Source of the DNA: Eledone cirrhosa
Lineage: Eukaryota
Direction: 5' to 3'
NCBI GenBank assembly: GCA_964016885.1
Contig: OZ024754.1
Coordinates: 2,914,001-2,978,000 of the forward strand
Length of the DNA: 64,000 bases
The notes under the pieces were generated by a model. It worked only from the letters and a program-made list of their open reading frames with translations, did not search any database and was not told the origin of the DNA. A program made the translations under genes and the position numbers. Shown one piece after another: positions 1-11,935 of this stretch (its first letter is position 1; every line of letters starts with the position of its first letter).

Positions 1-8
1 ATATTTTA

Positions 9-39
<31 letters not shown>

Positions 40-506
40 CGACCTTCAGCCTGACACTGCTTTGACTGATACACTCCCTTCCCTGTATATACCACATGCA
101 TGTATGTGGTTGCGCGTGTGTGTGTTTATACGCGTGCTTTCATACTTGTATGTGTATATATTTCAATCCTTAGTCCCTGAGTCTGTATGTACGCTAACTC
201 TATTATCTTACAATTTCTTTTTTCAACATATATTATATACGTATTTGTGGTCACACATACACTGATATGCTTGCCCTCATGTATGTACTTACGCACACAT
301 TTTTTCACTATACACATGCATTTGTACATACACACATATGTACATTTGTAGGTGTATATACACACATTTATACACATACCCTTACTATATTTCCTTATTT
401 TATTTTTTATATATCTCTTGCATTACTTTTATTTATATATATTTTTTGACCGTTAAACTTTTGCCTTTCTTGAGATTTTTCAAATAGTTCACTATGTTTT
501 AAATTG

Positions 507-580
507 CCCTGTCCGACGAACGAATGAGGACGTTTCTTGTATTCGTCTTATTCGGGAAACCTCTGGTAATGAGGTAATTA
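507..580 (+). ncRNA. Degenerate hammerhead motif related to family F
   Basis: CCGACGA(513), then stem II CGAATGAGGACG/CGTCTTATTCG, then GAAACCTCTGGTA. Downstream 585-680 resembles 9395-9480. Confidence 0.5.
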
Positions 581-677
581 TATTGTATTGTTTATTATAC
601 ATTAAATTTAGCTCTGTCACTTACATAGAGCACTCTTCACTCCTATGACTTTTTCAATTTGCAACGGAAACTTCAAT

Positions 678-721
<44 letters not shown>

Positions 722-1199
722 AATTATATATATAGAAAGCTAGAGATAGATACTAAAAGATAAATACAAAGGTAGAGATACGTTATGAAAGATAGATAGA
801 AAGATAGACAGATATAAGGATGTGAATATTTAAGGGAGTATATATATAAAGAGATAGATAGAAAGCTTTATTTAAGGGGTATTTAATTGGTATAAGACTT
901 GAGTCTTTATGAATAAACAACTTCAATGTCTTTCATTTCTTTTGATGATTTCAAAATCCTTTTAATTGCTTAATTATAATTATTATTTAAATAAAAATAT
1001 TCATTTATCATTTTCTTTATTAATTAATTATTTTTGTAATAATAAATTCTAATTATTTTAGCACCAATATTTGTCAAAATATATTTGTCCATTTGTCCAA
1101 AGATTGCATTGTAAGGTGGAGGGACCTCAGTCAGTTTCGACGACGACTGTTCCAGTTGATTAAAATGACAAATAAACTATTATAGTCGTGTTCATGTTG

Positions 1200-2500
1200 C
1201 TCTTTTTCTTTTTCTTCGTCTTCTTCTTGAGGTAGTCGTAGGGCCAGAGCCCTAAAAACACTCCTTCCAGCTGGACCTGACAGAAGCAACCGTGACCAGC
1301 CAAGCTCATGAATGTTATCCAAGCATCTTGCTCAGGATCTACCACTGGGTCTCTTTCCAGTTGGTTTTGCCCATAAAATCTGTCCAGTGATTCTTTCCTG
1401 AGACATTTTAACCACATAGTATCAGAGCTGTGATCTCTCAATACAGAGAAGTAGCAGCTCTATCTGGAGTGACTCTCCAGTGATTCTTTCCCCCCGAGAC
1501 ATTTTAACCATATGCCCATAGTATCAGAGCTGTGATCTCTCAATTTGGAGAAGTAGCAGCTCTACCTGGAGTGACTCTCCAGTGATTCTTTCCCCTCGAG
1601 ACATTTTAACCATATGCCCATAGTATCAGAGCTGTGATCTCTCAATTTGGAGAAGTAGCAGCTCTACCTGGAGTGACTCTCCAGTGATTCTTTCCCCCGA
1701 GACATTTTAACCATATGCCCATAGTATCAGAGCTGTGATCTCTCAATTTGGAGAAGTAGCAGCTCTACCTGGAGTGACTCTCCAGTGATTCTTTCCCCTG
1801 AGACATTTTAACCATATGCCCATAGTATCAGAGCTGTGATCTCTCAATTTGGAGAAGTAGCAGCTCTACCTGGAGTGACTCTCCAGTGATTCTTTCCCCC
1901 GAGACATTTTAACCATATGCCCATAGTATCAGAGCTGTGATCTCTCAATTTGGAGAAGTAGCAGCTCTACCTGGAGTGACTCTCCAGTGATTCTTTCCCC
2001 TGAGACATTTTAACCATATGCCCATAGTATCAGAGCTGTGATCTCTCAATTTGGAGAAGTAGCAGCTCTACCTGGAGTGACTCTCCAGTGATTCTTTCCC
2101 CCTGAGACATTTTAACCATATGCCCATAGTATCAGAGCTGTGATCTCTCAATACAGAGAAGTAGCAGCTCTACCTGGAGTGGCTCTCCAGTGATTCTTTC
2201 CCCCTGAGACATTTTAACCATATGCCCATAGTATCAGAGCTGTGATCTCTCAATTTGGAGAAGTAGCAGCTTTACCTGGAGTAAATCTCTGATCTCCAAG
2301 CTACGCACTATATCGAGTAACTTTACTCCAAAGACCCTTCGGAGGAATCCCAGTTTGGCTGCTTGTATTCGTGATTGTATTCTTTTGGTTATTATCCAAA
2401 GGTAAGTACTGACACAAATACCGAATTGAAGATAACGAGTTTGGCTTTTACACCTACCTCCCTTCTGATTACTGAATGCTGAAGGTGGCACATTACTGCA
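1200..2500 (-). mobile_element. Decayed RTE-type LINE 3' end, interrupted by a 101-bp tandem array
   Basis: Minus-strand peptides KAKLVIFNSVFVSVLTFG, KRIQSRIQAAKLGFLRRVFGVKLLDIVRSLEIR..IERSQL, ILWAKPTGKRPSGRS, LDNIHELGWSRL; ends in a (GAA)-rich tail. Confidence 0.75.
1384..2282. repeat. Tandem array of ~9 x 101-102 bp
   Basis: ccagtgattc recurs at 1384, 1477, 1579, 1681, 1782, 1883, 1984, 2085 and 2187. Confidence 0.95.
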
Positions 2501-2897
2501 CCAACTATGAAACATATAAATCTATGCAAATGAAATATAAAACTTCGGTAAAATATTAGAAATGTTTTTGAAATTAAATTTAGTGTTAGTATAATTCCAA
2601 ACATGACAAAGAAAATGTCAACAGAGAATGAAGAAAGTGATCTGCTTACTTTTGTCGATGGAACTGTTAGCTAGATGAAGGTCTGTTGCAAAGTTCATAG
2701 GGTGACCAAGATACTCTCATGGAATGATCAAAATAGTTCCCAGAAAGGAACAATGCAGGTATTAACAAGAGATGAAATAGGCTGAAATGTTCATAGGTGG
2801 GCCAAGATACTCTCATGGAATGATCAAATGAGGTTTATTTTTAAACATAGTTCCCAATAAATCCTTTACAACAAGAATACATTAGTAAATATAGAGT

Positions 2898-3088
2898 AAT
2901 CATCATCATTTTACATCCGCTTTTCCCTGCTTTCAAGGGTGGGACGGGTCCTATTCAGCACAGCATCTCTCCACTTGTCACGGTCCTTCGTCATCTCCTC
3001 CATGAGCTTCAGCGATCTGAGGTCTGCTCTCACCACCTCCGCCCATGTTTTTCATGGTCTTCCTCTACTGGGATTTCTTGGCACTTCT
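2898..3088 (-). mobile_element. RTE-type LINE 3' terminus sharing its tail with SINE family 1
   Basis: Minus strand reads RGRP*KTWAEVVRADLRSLKLMEEMTKDRDKWRDAVL, followed by cccgtcccacccttgaaagcagggaaaagcggatgtaaaatgatgatg. Confidence 0.75.
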
Positions 3089-4139
3089 TTATGTAAATGC
3101 TAAAGGGTTAAGCAGTTATTGTTGACTATCTGATGGGCTTATGCATAGTTTCTGTCTACCAAATTACACTCACAAAACATTGGTCAATTCGAGGATCATA
3201 CAGTAGAAGATATGTGATCAAGTTGATGCAATGTACATATGAACCCTAAACCTCAAAATTGCGAAGTGAACCTTTTAACCATAGAGTTTAACCATTTTAA
3301 GTTTAAGAAATCCTTAATGGTTGCTGAAAAGTCCACATTCCAATGAGATAATAAACTATCTTTAAATATTATTCTGTATCATGAAGGCATGTTTATACAT
3401 ATATTGTTTTAATAAATAATTTTCTCTTTCCAACTTCAAAATTAAACAATGCAAATATTTGTTTTTTTAAATATATTAAAACAATGAACAATATAATCCA
3501 AACTTTCTTGATTTATTTTAATTTTGTTTGGTTTTTTGTTTTTTTTTTGGTGAATTTTTGGTGAATTTTTTTTTTTCTTTTTTGAATCTATTTTCTCCTT
3601 TTTGTAATAATAAAGAAAAGTATAAATATTTTATTTAAAACCATTTAATTTCACGGAGTCTCAAAATCAGTAATATACTTTCAGAAACTGCTTATTAAAT
3701 GTTTATATCTGGAAGGAGGAAAATATACTGAAACAAAAATAAAGAAGTTTTATTACAATGAAATTGAGTAAAAATACACAAAAACAAAAATAATTAACAA
3801 TGGAAAAATTATAAAAATATAAATATAAATATAAAATAATAATAATTCAAAAAGACAAAAGAAAATTGACAACAATAAATATATTTATTTGAATTGGAAT
3901 TTGAAGGAAAAAACAATAAGATTGAGACAAAGAATTTAGAATTTTTAGGTGAAAATAAAAGAATTTTGCAAATATGATAGTTAAATATTTCCTGTAGATG
4001 TACAGAGGCTAAATAATGTCTTGTGTAGAGATTGGTTCTCTACAGAATGGTGAGACAATTTGGTAAATGGGTTTATAGCCACATGTTATTAGAATCATTT
4101 ATATACATACTAAGTCATATAGATTCATAGATATATATA

Positions 4140-4184
4140 TATATACACACACACAGAAATACACACATACTAATCAGAGATTCT

Positions 4185-4220
<36 letters not shown>

Positions 4221-4400
4221 CAGAGAAACACACACATACTAATCAGAGATTCTTATATATATATGTATATATATATATACACACACACATACTAATCAGA
4301 GATTCTTATATATATATGTATATATATATATACACACACACAGAAACACACACATACTAATCAGAGATTCTTATATATATATATGTATATATATACACAC
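4140..4400. repeat. 4 tandem copies of catactaatcagagattctta plus (TA)/(CA), ~55-70 bp period
   Basis: Direct inspection. Confidence 0.85.
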
Positions 4401-5109
4401 ACACAGAGAGAAATACACACATGCACACATAGAAACACTCACTCATACAGACACACACAAACACACTCACAGAGACAGATACATATACATAAACAGACAG
4501 AGATACAAACACAGACAGACAGAGAGAGAGAGACACACACACACATATATATATATATATACACACACAAACAGACACACACACTCACTTCTAGTAGTTT
4601 CTTTTTAGGGGAGGGAGACAGAGTGAGTGTGTCTGATGGTGTTTGAGTGGGAAATGAAAAGAGTGTATGAGTGAGAGAGAGAGAGGGAAAGAGTGAGAGA
4701 GGAATAGAGGGTACATGTGTGTATATGTATGTGTGTTTGTGTATATGTTTGTGCATGTGTGTTTGTATTATTCATCTACCTTAATCAACCTCATCATATC
4801 TCAACTAATCTTCCCTCAATTTAGCACTGGTATCCATATCAATCCTAGAATAATCCATGAACAAAAGGATCCCAACTCTGCCCGAAACTCGGATTAATAG
4901 GGAGCATTCCAGAATGGAGATGGAGAAAGCCGGGAGAAAGCCTGCTCCGTAGAACAACTGATGTTATTACATTGAGCTATTTATCTTACTGGTAATAAGG
5001 TATTAATAAATTACTGACCTTCACTGTTTAGGGTTTAAAATATATATAACTATAAAAAGTTTTAGTATATACATAACCATAAATAGTATCCTTAATATTA
5101 TATATATAT

Positions 5110-5307
5110 GGAGGCACATGGCTTAATGGTTAGAGCATTGGCCTTGCAATCGAAAGGTTGTGAGTTCAATTCTCAGACCGGGTGGTGTGTTGTTTCCTTG
5201 AGCAAGACACTTTATTTCACATTGCTCCAGTTTACTCAGCTGTAGAAATGAGATGATAGGGACTGGGGTCCATATCATTCCACGTAAAATGAAATGATGA
5301 TGATGAT
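5110..5307 (+). mobile_element. tRNA-derived SINE family 1, internally deleted
   Basis: A-box TGGCTTAATGG, B-box GAGTTCAATTC and an (ATG)n tail; matches other copies in the window. Confidence 0.8.
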
Positions 5308-5335
5308 ATGTGTATATATATATATATATAACATA

Positions 5336-5684
5336 CATCATCATTCATCATCATCATTTCATTTTACGTCCACTTTTCCCTGCTTGCAAGGGTGGGACGG
5401 GAACTGATTCTGGCTTGATTTCTACAGCTGGATGCCCTTCCTAACACCAACCTCATTTACAGTGAGTGCTGGATGCTTTTTTGCCGTGGCACCTCCACGA
5501 CCACTTTGCAGTGGAATGATAGGGACTGGGGTCCCTATCATCTCATTTCTACAGCTGAGTAAACTGGAGCAATGTGAAATAAAGTCTCTTGCTCAAGGAA
5601 ACAACACATCACCCGGTCTGAGAATTGAACTCACAACCTTTCGATTGCAAGGCCAATGCTCTAACCACTAAGCCATGTGCCTCC
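5336..5684 (-). mobile_element. tRNA-derived SINE family 1, full length
   Basis: Near-identical to copies at 21921, 38239, 46902 and 63050; pol III boxes and an RTE-like (ATG)n tail. Confidence 0.85.
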
Positions 5685-5937
5685 ATAATACATATATTTA
5701 TGCATACATACATATATATATAATAGGTCGCAGGTTTCACAGAATGTTCCTTCTCCTAGAATGATGCCCTAACAAGACCTAAGGGTTTATTACTTCTGGT
5801 GGGTTAACTGTGTACCGTCGGACATGAAACAAAGTATTTCCATGTCTACTTGCATACATACATATGCACTCACACATATATATATACATACACACACAGG
5901 TGCATGCATACACCACTTATGCATGCATGTGTGTATG

Positions 5938-5971
<34 letters not shown>

Positions 5972-5977
<6 letters not shown>

Positions 5978-6053
5978 GTTGTCAAGTATGAAATTTGTAG
6001 AAATATGGTTTTTTTCTACAAATTTCTACAAATTTCATCCTTGATGACCCAAT
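5972..6053. mobile_element. Mariner-like MITE
   Basis: TIRs tattgggttgtcaagtatgaaatttgtagaaa / tttctacaaatttcatccttgatgacccaata; second copy at ~31419-31502. Confidence 0.6.
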
Positions 6054-6244
6054 ATGTATGTGCGTTTGTGTGTCTGTATATGTGTCTGTGTGTGTCTGTG
6101 TGCATGTGTGTCTGTGTATGTGTGTCTCTGTGTGTGTGTGTCTGCCTGTGTGTGTGTCTGCTTGTGTGTGTAATAAACAAGTGTCAGGCAGTGGTAGTGA
6201 AAACTCAGGATGAATTTCTTAGTCATTTGGCTTAAAACACTCCA

Positions 6245-6984
6245 ACACACACACACCATACATATACCACACACACACCATATATGTACCACACACACAC
6301 CATACATGTACCACACACACACCATATATGTACCACACACACACCATATATGTACCACACACACACCATACATGTACCACACACACACCATACATGTACC
6401 ACACACACACCATACATGTACCACACACATGGACGTGGAGAGACCACACACACACACCATACATGTACCACACACACACCATACATGTACCACACACACA
6501 CCATACATGTACCACACACATGGAAGTGGAGAGACCACACACACACACCATACATGTACCACACACATATACACATATACACATGTACCCCACACATATA
6601 CTCACTCACACACATATGTATATACATGTACCACACACAAACACAGACACACAAACACAGACAGACACACACACACACAGACACACACACGCACATATAC
6701 ACATGTACCCCACACATGTACTCACATACACACATGTCCCCCAAACACACGCTTACACATACATAACAGGCACACATACACACATGCTCACACACATAGA
6801 AAGACACGCACACACACACACATACACATACAAACGCACATACTTATACACACATACTCATACACACTCAAAGAAAAATACATCCACACACACAACCGTC
6901 TGAAATACGGACACACACACATGTACATGCACACACACACACAGGCAGACACACACGCAGATACACACATACATACACACAGAT

Positions 6985-7023
<39 letters not shown>

Positions 7024-7460
7024 CAGAAACACACATGCACACACTCACTCAGGAATACTCACACACACGCACGCACACAAACACACATGTACACACATAC
7101 ATACATATACACAGAAAAACAAACACACACACGCCTATATACGCCTATATACACACACATGCTCTCGCACACACACACACAACAATGCACGCATACATAA
7201 ACACACACGTACATACACACAGGCATCACACTCATATATGTACGCATGCACACACAATGCATGCACACACACATATACACATTCAGAAACATGCATCACA
7301 CGCACATGCACATACATACACATGTACGCACACAGAAACATGCATCACACACATACATGCACATACATATGCACACACATGCACGCACACAGAAACGTGC
7401 ATCACACACATGCACATACACATGCACACACACACACACTCAGAAGCATGCATCACACAA
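6245..7460. repeat. CA-rich micro/minisatellite (accatacatgtaccacacacac units, then degenerate (CA)n)
   Basis: Direct inspection; source of the spurious 424-aa His/Thr ORF. Confidence 0.9.
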
Positions 7461-8194
7461 GATATTCTCGCAGAGGGAATGTAAACCTGACTGCTACGTC
7501 ATAAGATGGAAAGAGAGGGTTGCTGACAGTGGTGGTGGTGGGAGTAGTCACTGTAGTGGCTAGAGAGAAGGGGAGTGGCCGTGTTGGGGGGGTAAAGTGT
7601 AGGGGTAACCTTGTGTATGACAGTGGTGGTGGTGGGAGTAGTCACTGTAGTGGCTAGAGTGAGAGGGGGAGTGGCTGTGTGGGGGGGCTAAAGAGTGGGG
7701 GTAACCTTGTGTATGATAGTGGTGGAGAGGGGCAATGACAGCTGTGACTAGAGGGTGATAGTGGTGATGGGGGGAGTCTGTAGTGGGTAGAGTGAGGGTG
7801 GTGCTACAGTGTGCGGGTAAAGTGTGGGGGTACCGTGTGTGAGGTGTGGGTAAAGTATGGGGGGTACTGTGTGTGGGTGTGCCCTTTGCCCTTAAAATGT
7901 CTCTTTTAAGATGGTGTAGGGCAAAACAAAGGAGAGAGACAAAATAAAAACCTAGTCACTGAGGAGGCCATGGAATGTGTAATGAAAGAGCTTTGACAAT
8001 TTATAATAAACTGAAGTGAAAACCAACAGGTGCGTGTGTTTTTATTGACAGCATGACCCTCCCAAAGTATAGCAATATCTGTTTCAACACACGTTTTTAG
8101 ATAAGAAATCTTGCAAAACAAATTCTATTTATATAACGAGATTAAAAAGACTGGGGACTAACACCTTCCTCTCAGAACAACAACTCATCCCCTT

Positions 8195-8755
8195 CTTCAA
8201 ATATCATTTTAAAAGGAAGGTGAGATTGGAGAGAGAGAGGTGCTGCACCTCAGTAAATTCGCTGAAAGGTGAGTGAATGTGGTGCAAATGGCCCGAGTGA
8301 ATGGGCCTTCTCTCTATATATACCTGTAGGTTGAAGAAGGGAGCAAAAGAGGAAGACAGGAGCACTTTCAAAAGAAGCTCCTAGAGTTGAAGGTTGTTCT
8401 ATCTACGCAGGGCCGTTTTAACAGCATTATGGGCCCCCGGGCAAAGCAGAGAGCACTGGGGCCCCTACCTACACAACCACTCACAGGAATAAAAATACAA
8501 ATGGGCCCCCTATCCTCGTGGGGGCCCCCGGGAAACTGCCCAGCGTGCCCATGCGTTAAGACGGCGCTGTATCTACGGGGTGTAAAACAACCCCATGGTA
8601 GCATTTCCCCCTATTGGGGATTTCAATTGTTAATTTCAATTTCAGAACTGTTAAATTTGTTTACACGCTTACATGTAAAACCCACGCCGTCACGTTGTGT
8701 AATGTCCCATTTCTTGTGCGCTCCTGTGGCAAATAAAGTAATCTATCTATCTATC
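8195..8755 (+). mobile_element. Tx1/L1-like LINE 3' end (second copy at ~35275-35685)
   Basis: Both copies share ggagagagaggtgctg...gaaaggtg...aatggcccgagtgaatgggccttctctctata; the second copy reads FYERWVKVARMARV. Both end in AATAAA plus (ATCT)n. Confidence 0.55.
8408..8569. mobile_element. hAT-type MITE
   Basis: TIRs cagggccgttttaac / gttaagacggcgctg, flanked by a perfect 8-bp TSD tatctacg (8400-8407, 8570-8577). Confidence 0.85.
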
Positions 8756-8917
8756 AATATATCTATATATATATATATTATATATATATATATATATATA
8801 TGTAGAGGTTATATTTAATTTGTTGGGATACAACAAGCTAAATATTTTTATAACTGATATAAAGCACTCAACAAATTATTGGAGTAAATATACAATATAT
8901 TAACAAATGGAAACTAT

Positions 8918-8983
8918 ATTTTCATTATACATATTTCAAGGGCCACCAGAGAAAACTATGGTGCGCTTTCATCAGATAAAATA
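8918..8983 (-). ncRNA. Hammerhead ribozyme motif, family A
   Basis: Minus strand reads tattttat-CTGATGA-aag cgcacc...ggtggcc ctt-GAAA-tatgtat-A-atgaaa; stem I and stem II pair. Confidence 0.65.
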
Positions 8984-9116
8984 TAATATAGGTTAGTTTT
9001 ATAAATAAATATTGACATACCCTTAAAATGATGAAAGCGCACCATAGCTTGCTCTGGTGGCCCTTGAAATATGTATAATGAAATAAATATGGTTTTATAA
9101 ATATAGTTTCCATTTG

Positions 9117-9154
<38 letters not shown>

Positions 9155-9175
9155 ATAAACAACATAAGGCAATTA

Positions 9176-9235
9176 TTCCATTTACCAGTGGTTTCTTAAA
9201 AGCAAAAAATGTTGCTTTCAATCATCAGAATGAAA
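9176..9235 (-). ncRNA. Hammerhead ribozyme motif, family F (mirror copy)
   Basis: Left arm of the 9149-9408 palindrome is the reverse complement of 9322-9381. Confidence 0.65.
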
Positions 9236-9321
9236 AAATCCTGGTCTGTTTATTGATATTGGATTTTAAAAACAAAGCTTTTTGTTTTTAAAATCCAATA
9301 TCAATAAACAGACCAGGATTT

Positions 9322-9381
9322 TTTCATTCTGATGATTGAAAGCAAAATTTTTTGCTTTTAAGAAACCACTGGTAAATGGAA
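9322..9381 (+). ncRNA. Hammerhead ribozyme motif, family F
   Basis: tttcatt CTGATGA(9329) t TGAAAGCAAA...TTTGCTTTTA a GAAA CCACTGG TA aatggaa; stem III ACCA/TGGT, GUA site at 9372-9374, 7-bp stem I. Confidence 0.7.
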
Positions 9382-9477
9382 TAATTGACTTATGCTGTTT
9401 ATTACATAACTATTAAGCTCTGTTACCTACATAGAGCACTCTTTTTTCCTGGACTTTTCCGACGGAATTACTTCATT

Positions 9478-9527
<50 letters not shown>

Positions 9528-9699
9528 CAAAGGTCCTTTAATACACAAATGCATCGCGATATCCATTGCATGTACAATTGCATGACTGGTTAAGTTGTAG
9601 ATTTACAAAGAATTTATTTGACACACAATATATATGTTATCGCAAACAATATATTTTTTGAATGGCTATCATAATCCTTCCGTCATCATATAATTGTGT

Positions 9700-9828
9700 A
9701 TACATACATACATACATACATACATACATACATACATACATACATACATACATACATACATACATACATACATACATACATACATACATACATACATACA
9801 TACATACATACATACATACATACATACA

Positions 9829-9856
<28 letters not shown>
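9700..9856. repeat. (TACA)n microsatellite
   Basis: Perfect tetranucleotide run. Confidence 0.95.
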
Positions 9857-9874
<18 letters not shown>

Positions 9875-9960
9875 ATATATATATACATAATTACATATGC
9901 CTGGGTGTGTATGTATGTATGTATATAATTACGCTCACATGTGAATTTAATATGTATACA

Positions 9961-10059
9961 CAGGTTGTCCCCCCAAAAATGTATACATACTTCAACAGCA
10001 TTCTAATAAATATTGCCTGTACAGGTAATCAAAGTATATACATTTTTGGGGACACCCTG
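9961..10059. mobile_element. Tc1/mariner-like MITE (other copies at ~30160-30265, 44921-45030, 46749-46839, 48238-48311)
   Basis: TIRs cagggtgtccc(c)aaaaatgtatac / gtatacatttttggggacaccctg in TA context. Confidence 0.7.
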
Positions 10060-10079
10060 TATGTATATGTATGTGTGTG

Positions 10080-10129
<50 letters not shown>

Positions 10130-10616
10130 TGCATGATTCCATATATATGCCTGAGCGTGCATTCATGTATATGTATATATATATATATATAGAGATAGAT
10201 AGAGATATATATACGATAATATATATATATATATATATATAATTACGATGACACACATATATATATAAACATACACACATACATATACATACAAACAAAC
10301 ACACACACATATATAAACACACACACACATATATAAACACACACACATATAAACACACACACACACACATATAAACACACACACACACACACACATATAA
10401 ACACACGTACACAGACCACACACACCATATATACACGAACAGTCAGACTCCCCACTCCAGCCTAATGTCCATCCCTAAAGAAGGACCACCTAACTATATA
10501 TGTGCTCATTACCACTTCTTTCTTTTTGTTTTTTGTTATGTTTATATTTTTCAACCAAGCCTAAACTAAAAATATATTTACATCGAGAAAAATTAATTAA
10601 ACGAGATAAGAAAAAG

Positions 10617-10661
<45 letters not shown>

Positions 10662-10830
10662 TATAATGAGTCAAAGTAATTTGTAAGTAAATGACCAAGT
10701 GACATGATGGTAGCGTAAAATACACACCACACCTTCAGTTCACACAAATCTTCTTGTTTTTCCTCTGCTATATACACACACGAACGAGGCGAGTTCGCAG
10801 ACATGTACGAATTCACTCGAGAAATTTCAA

Positions 10831-10865
<35 letters not shown>

Positions 10866-10880
10866 TATATATATATATAT

Positions 10881-10998
<118 letters not shown>

Positions 10999-11132
10999 AT
11001 ATATACGTTATTCCGGGTTGAACCGGAGGTAACTACAGTAAGTAAGGTACTCAGTACATAGCAGAGTATAACAGTTTTAATATAGATGAGATTCTACAGG
11101 ACTAGAACTGTTTCATTCATTAGAAATCATCA

Positions 11133-11183
11133 GGAATCCTGATGATTTCTAATGAATGAAACAGTTCTAGTCCTGTAGAATCT
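11133..11183 (+). ncRNA. Hammerhead ribozyme motif, family C
   Basis: CTGATGA(11139) tTTC taat GAAt GAAA CAG ttctagtc CTG TA gaatct; stem III ACAG/CTGT, GUA site. Core is mirrored on the minus strand. Confidence 0.6.
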
Positions 11184-11198
11184 CATCTATATTAAAAC

Positions 11199-11248
<50 letters not shown>

Positions 11249-11346
11249 ACACACACGTATATATATATATATATATATATATATAACACACACGTATATA
11301 TATATACACACACACGTATATATATATATATATATATAACACACAC

Positions 11347-11406
<60 letters not shown>

Positions 11407-11606
11407 GTATATATATATATAAAGGAAAAGAAAAATATAAAGAAATTGACTGGAGACAAGGTAAACAGATGGTAAAATATTGGTGGTGTGTTTATAACGA
11501 CAGTTGTTGCTGTTGTTGTTGTTGTTGGCGGTGGATCTTCGTCAGTTTCGAAGATGAATGGTCCAGATGGCAAGATAGAAGAAGGTCACAAGCTGTTGAA
11601 CCGTTA

Positions 11607-11935
11607 CTTGTTTTCCGATAGGTGTGAGGGGGGGGGGGCTGTAGTAGTTAATGGTGGTGGTGGTGGTGGTGAGATCTCCGGCGTCCTTGGGTCCCTGTAC
11701 CATCCTAACTCTCCCTTGTTTTCTGATAGGGGGAGGGTGTTGTGGTTGGACCTGTAGTAGTTAATGGCGGTGGTGGTGGTGGTGGTGAGATCTCCGGCGT
11801 CCTTGGGTCCCTGTACCATCCTAACTCTCCCTTGTTTTCTGATAGGGGGAGGGTGTTGTGGTTGGACCTGTAGTAGTTAATGGTGGTGGTGGTGGTGGTG
11901 AGATCTCCGGCGTCCTTGGGTCCCTGTACCACCTC
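11607..11935. repeat. ~3 tandem copies of a 113-116 bp GC-rich unit with a variable (GGT)n tract
   Basis: gagatctccggcgtccttgggtccctgtacca recurs at 11671, 11787 and 11900. Confidence 0.9.

Noticed and set aside
5110-5185. tRNA gene
   Set aside because: A/B boxes belong to SINE heads that run on into SINE body sequence; no complete cloverleaf.
5432-5671. Recurrent 79-aa ORF (MPFLTPTSF...QCSNH), seen several times in the window
   Set aside because: Antisense reading of SINE family 1, not a gene family.
6210-7484. 424-aa His/Thr-rich ORF and overlapping Cys/Val ORFs
   Set aside because: Translation of (CA)-rich repeats that lack stop codons in most frames.
11671-11720. GVLGSLYHP resembling an ADAR deaminase motif
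   Set aside because: Only a few residues match, the flanks are poly-Gly and stops, and it lies within a tandem repeat; likely coincidence.
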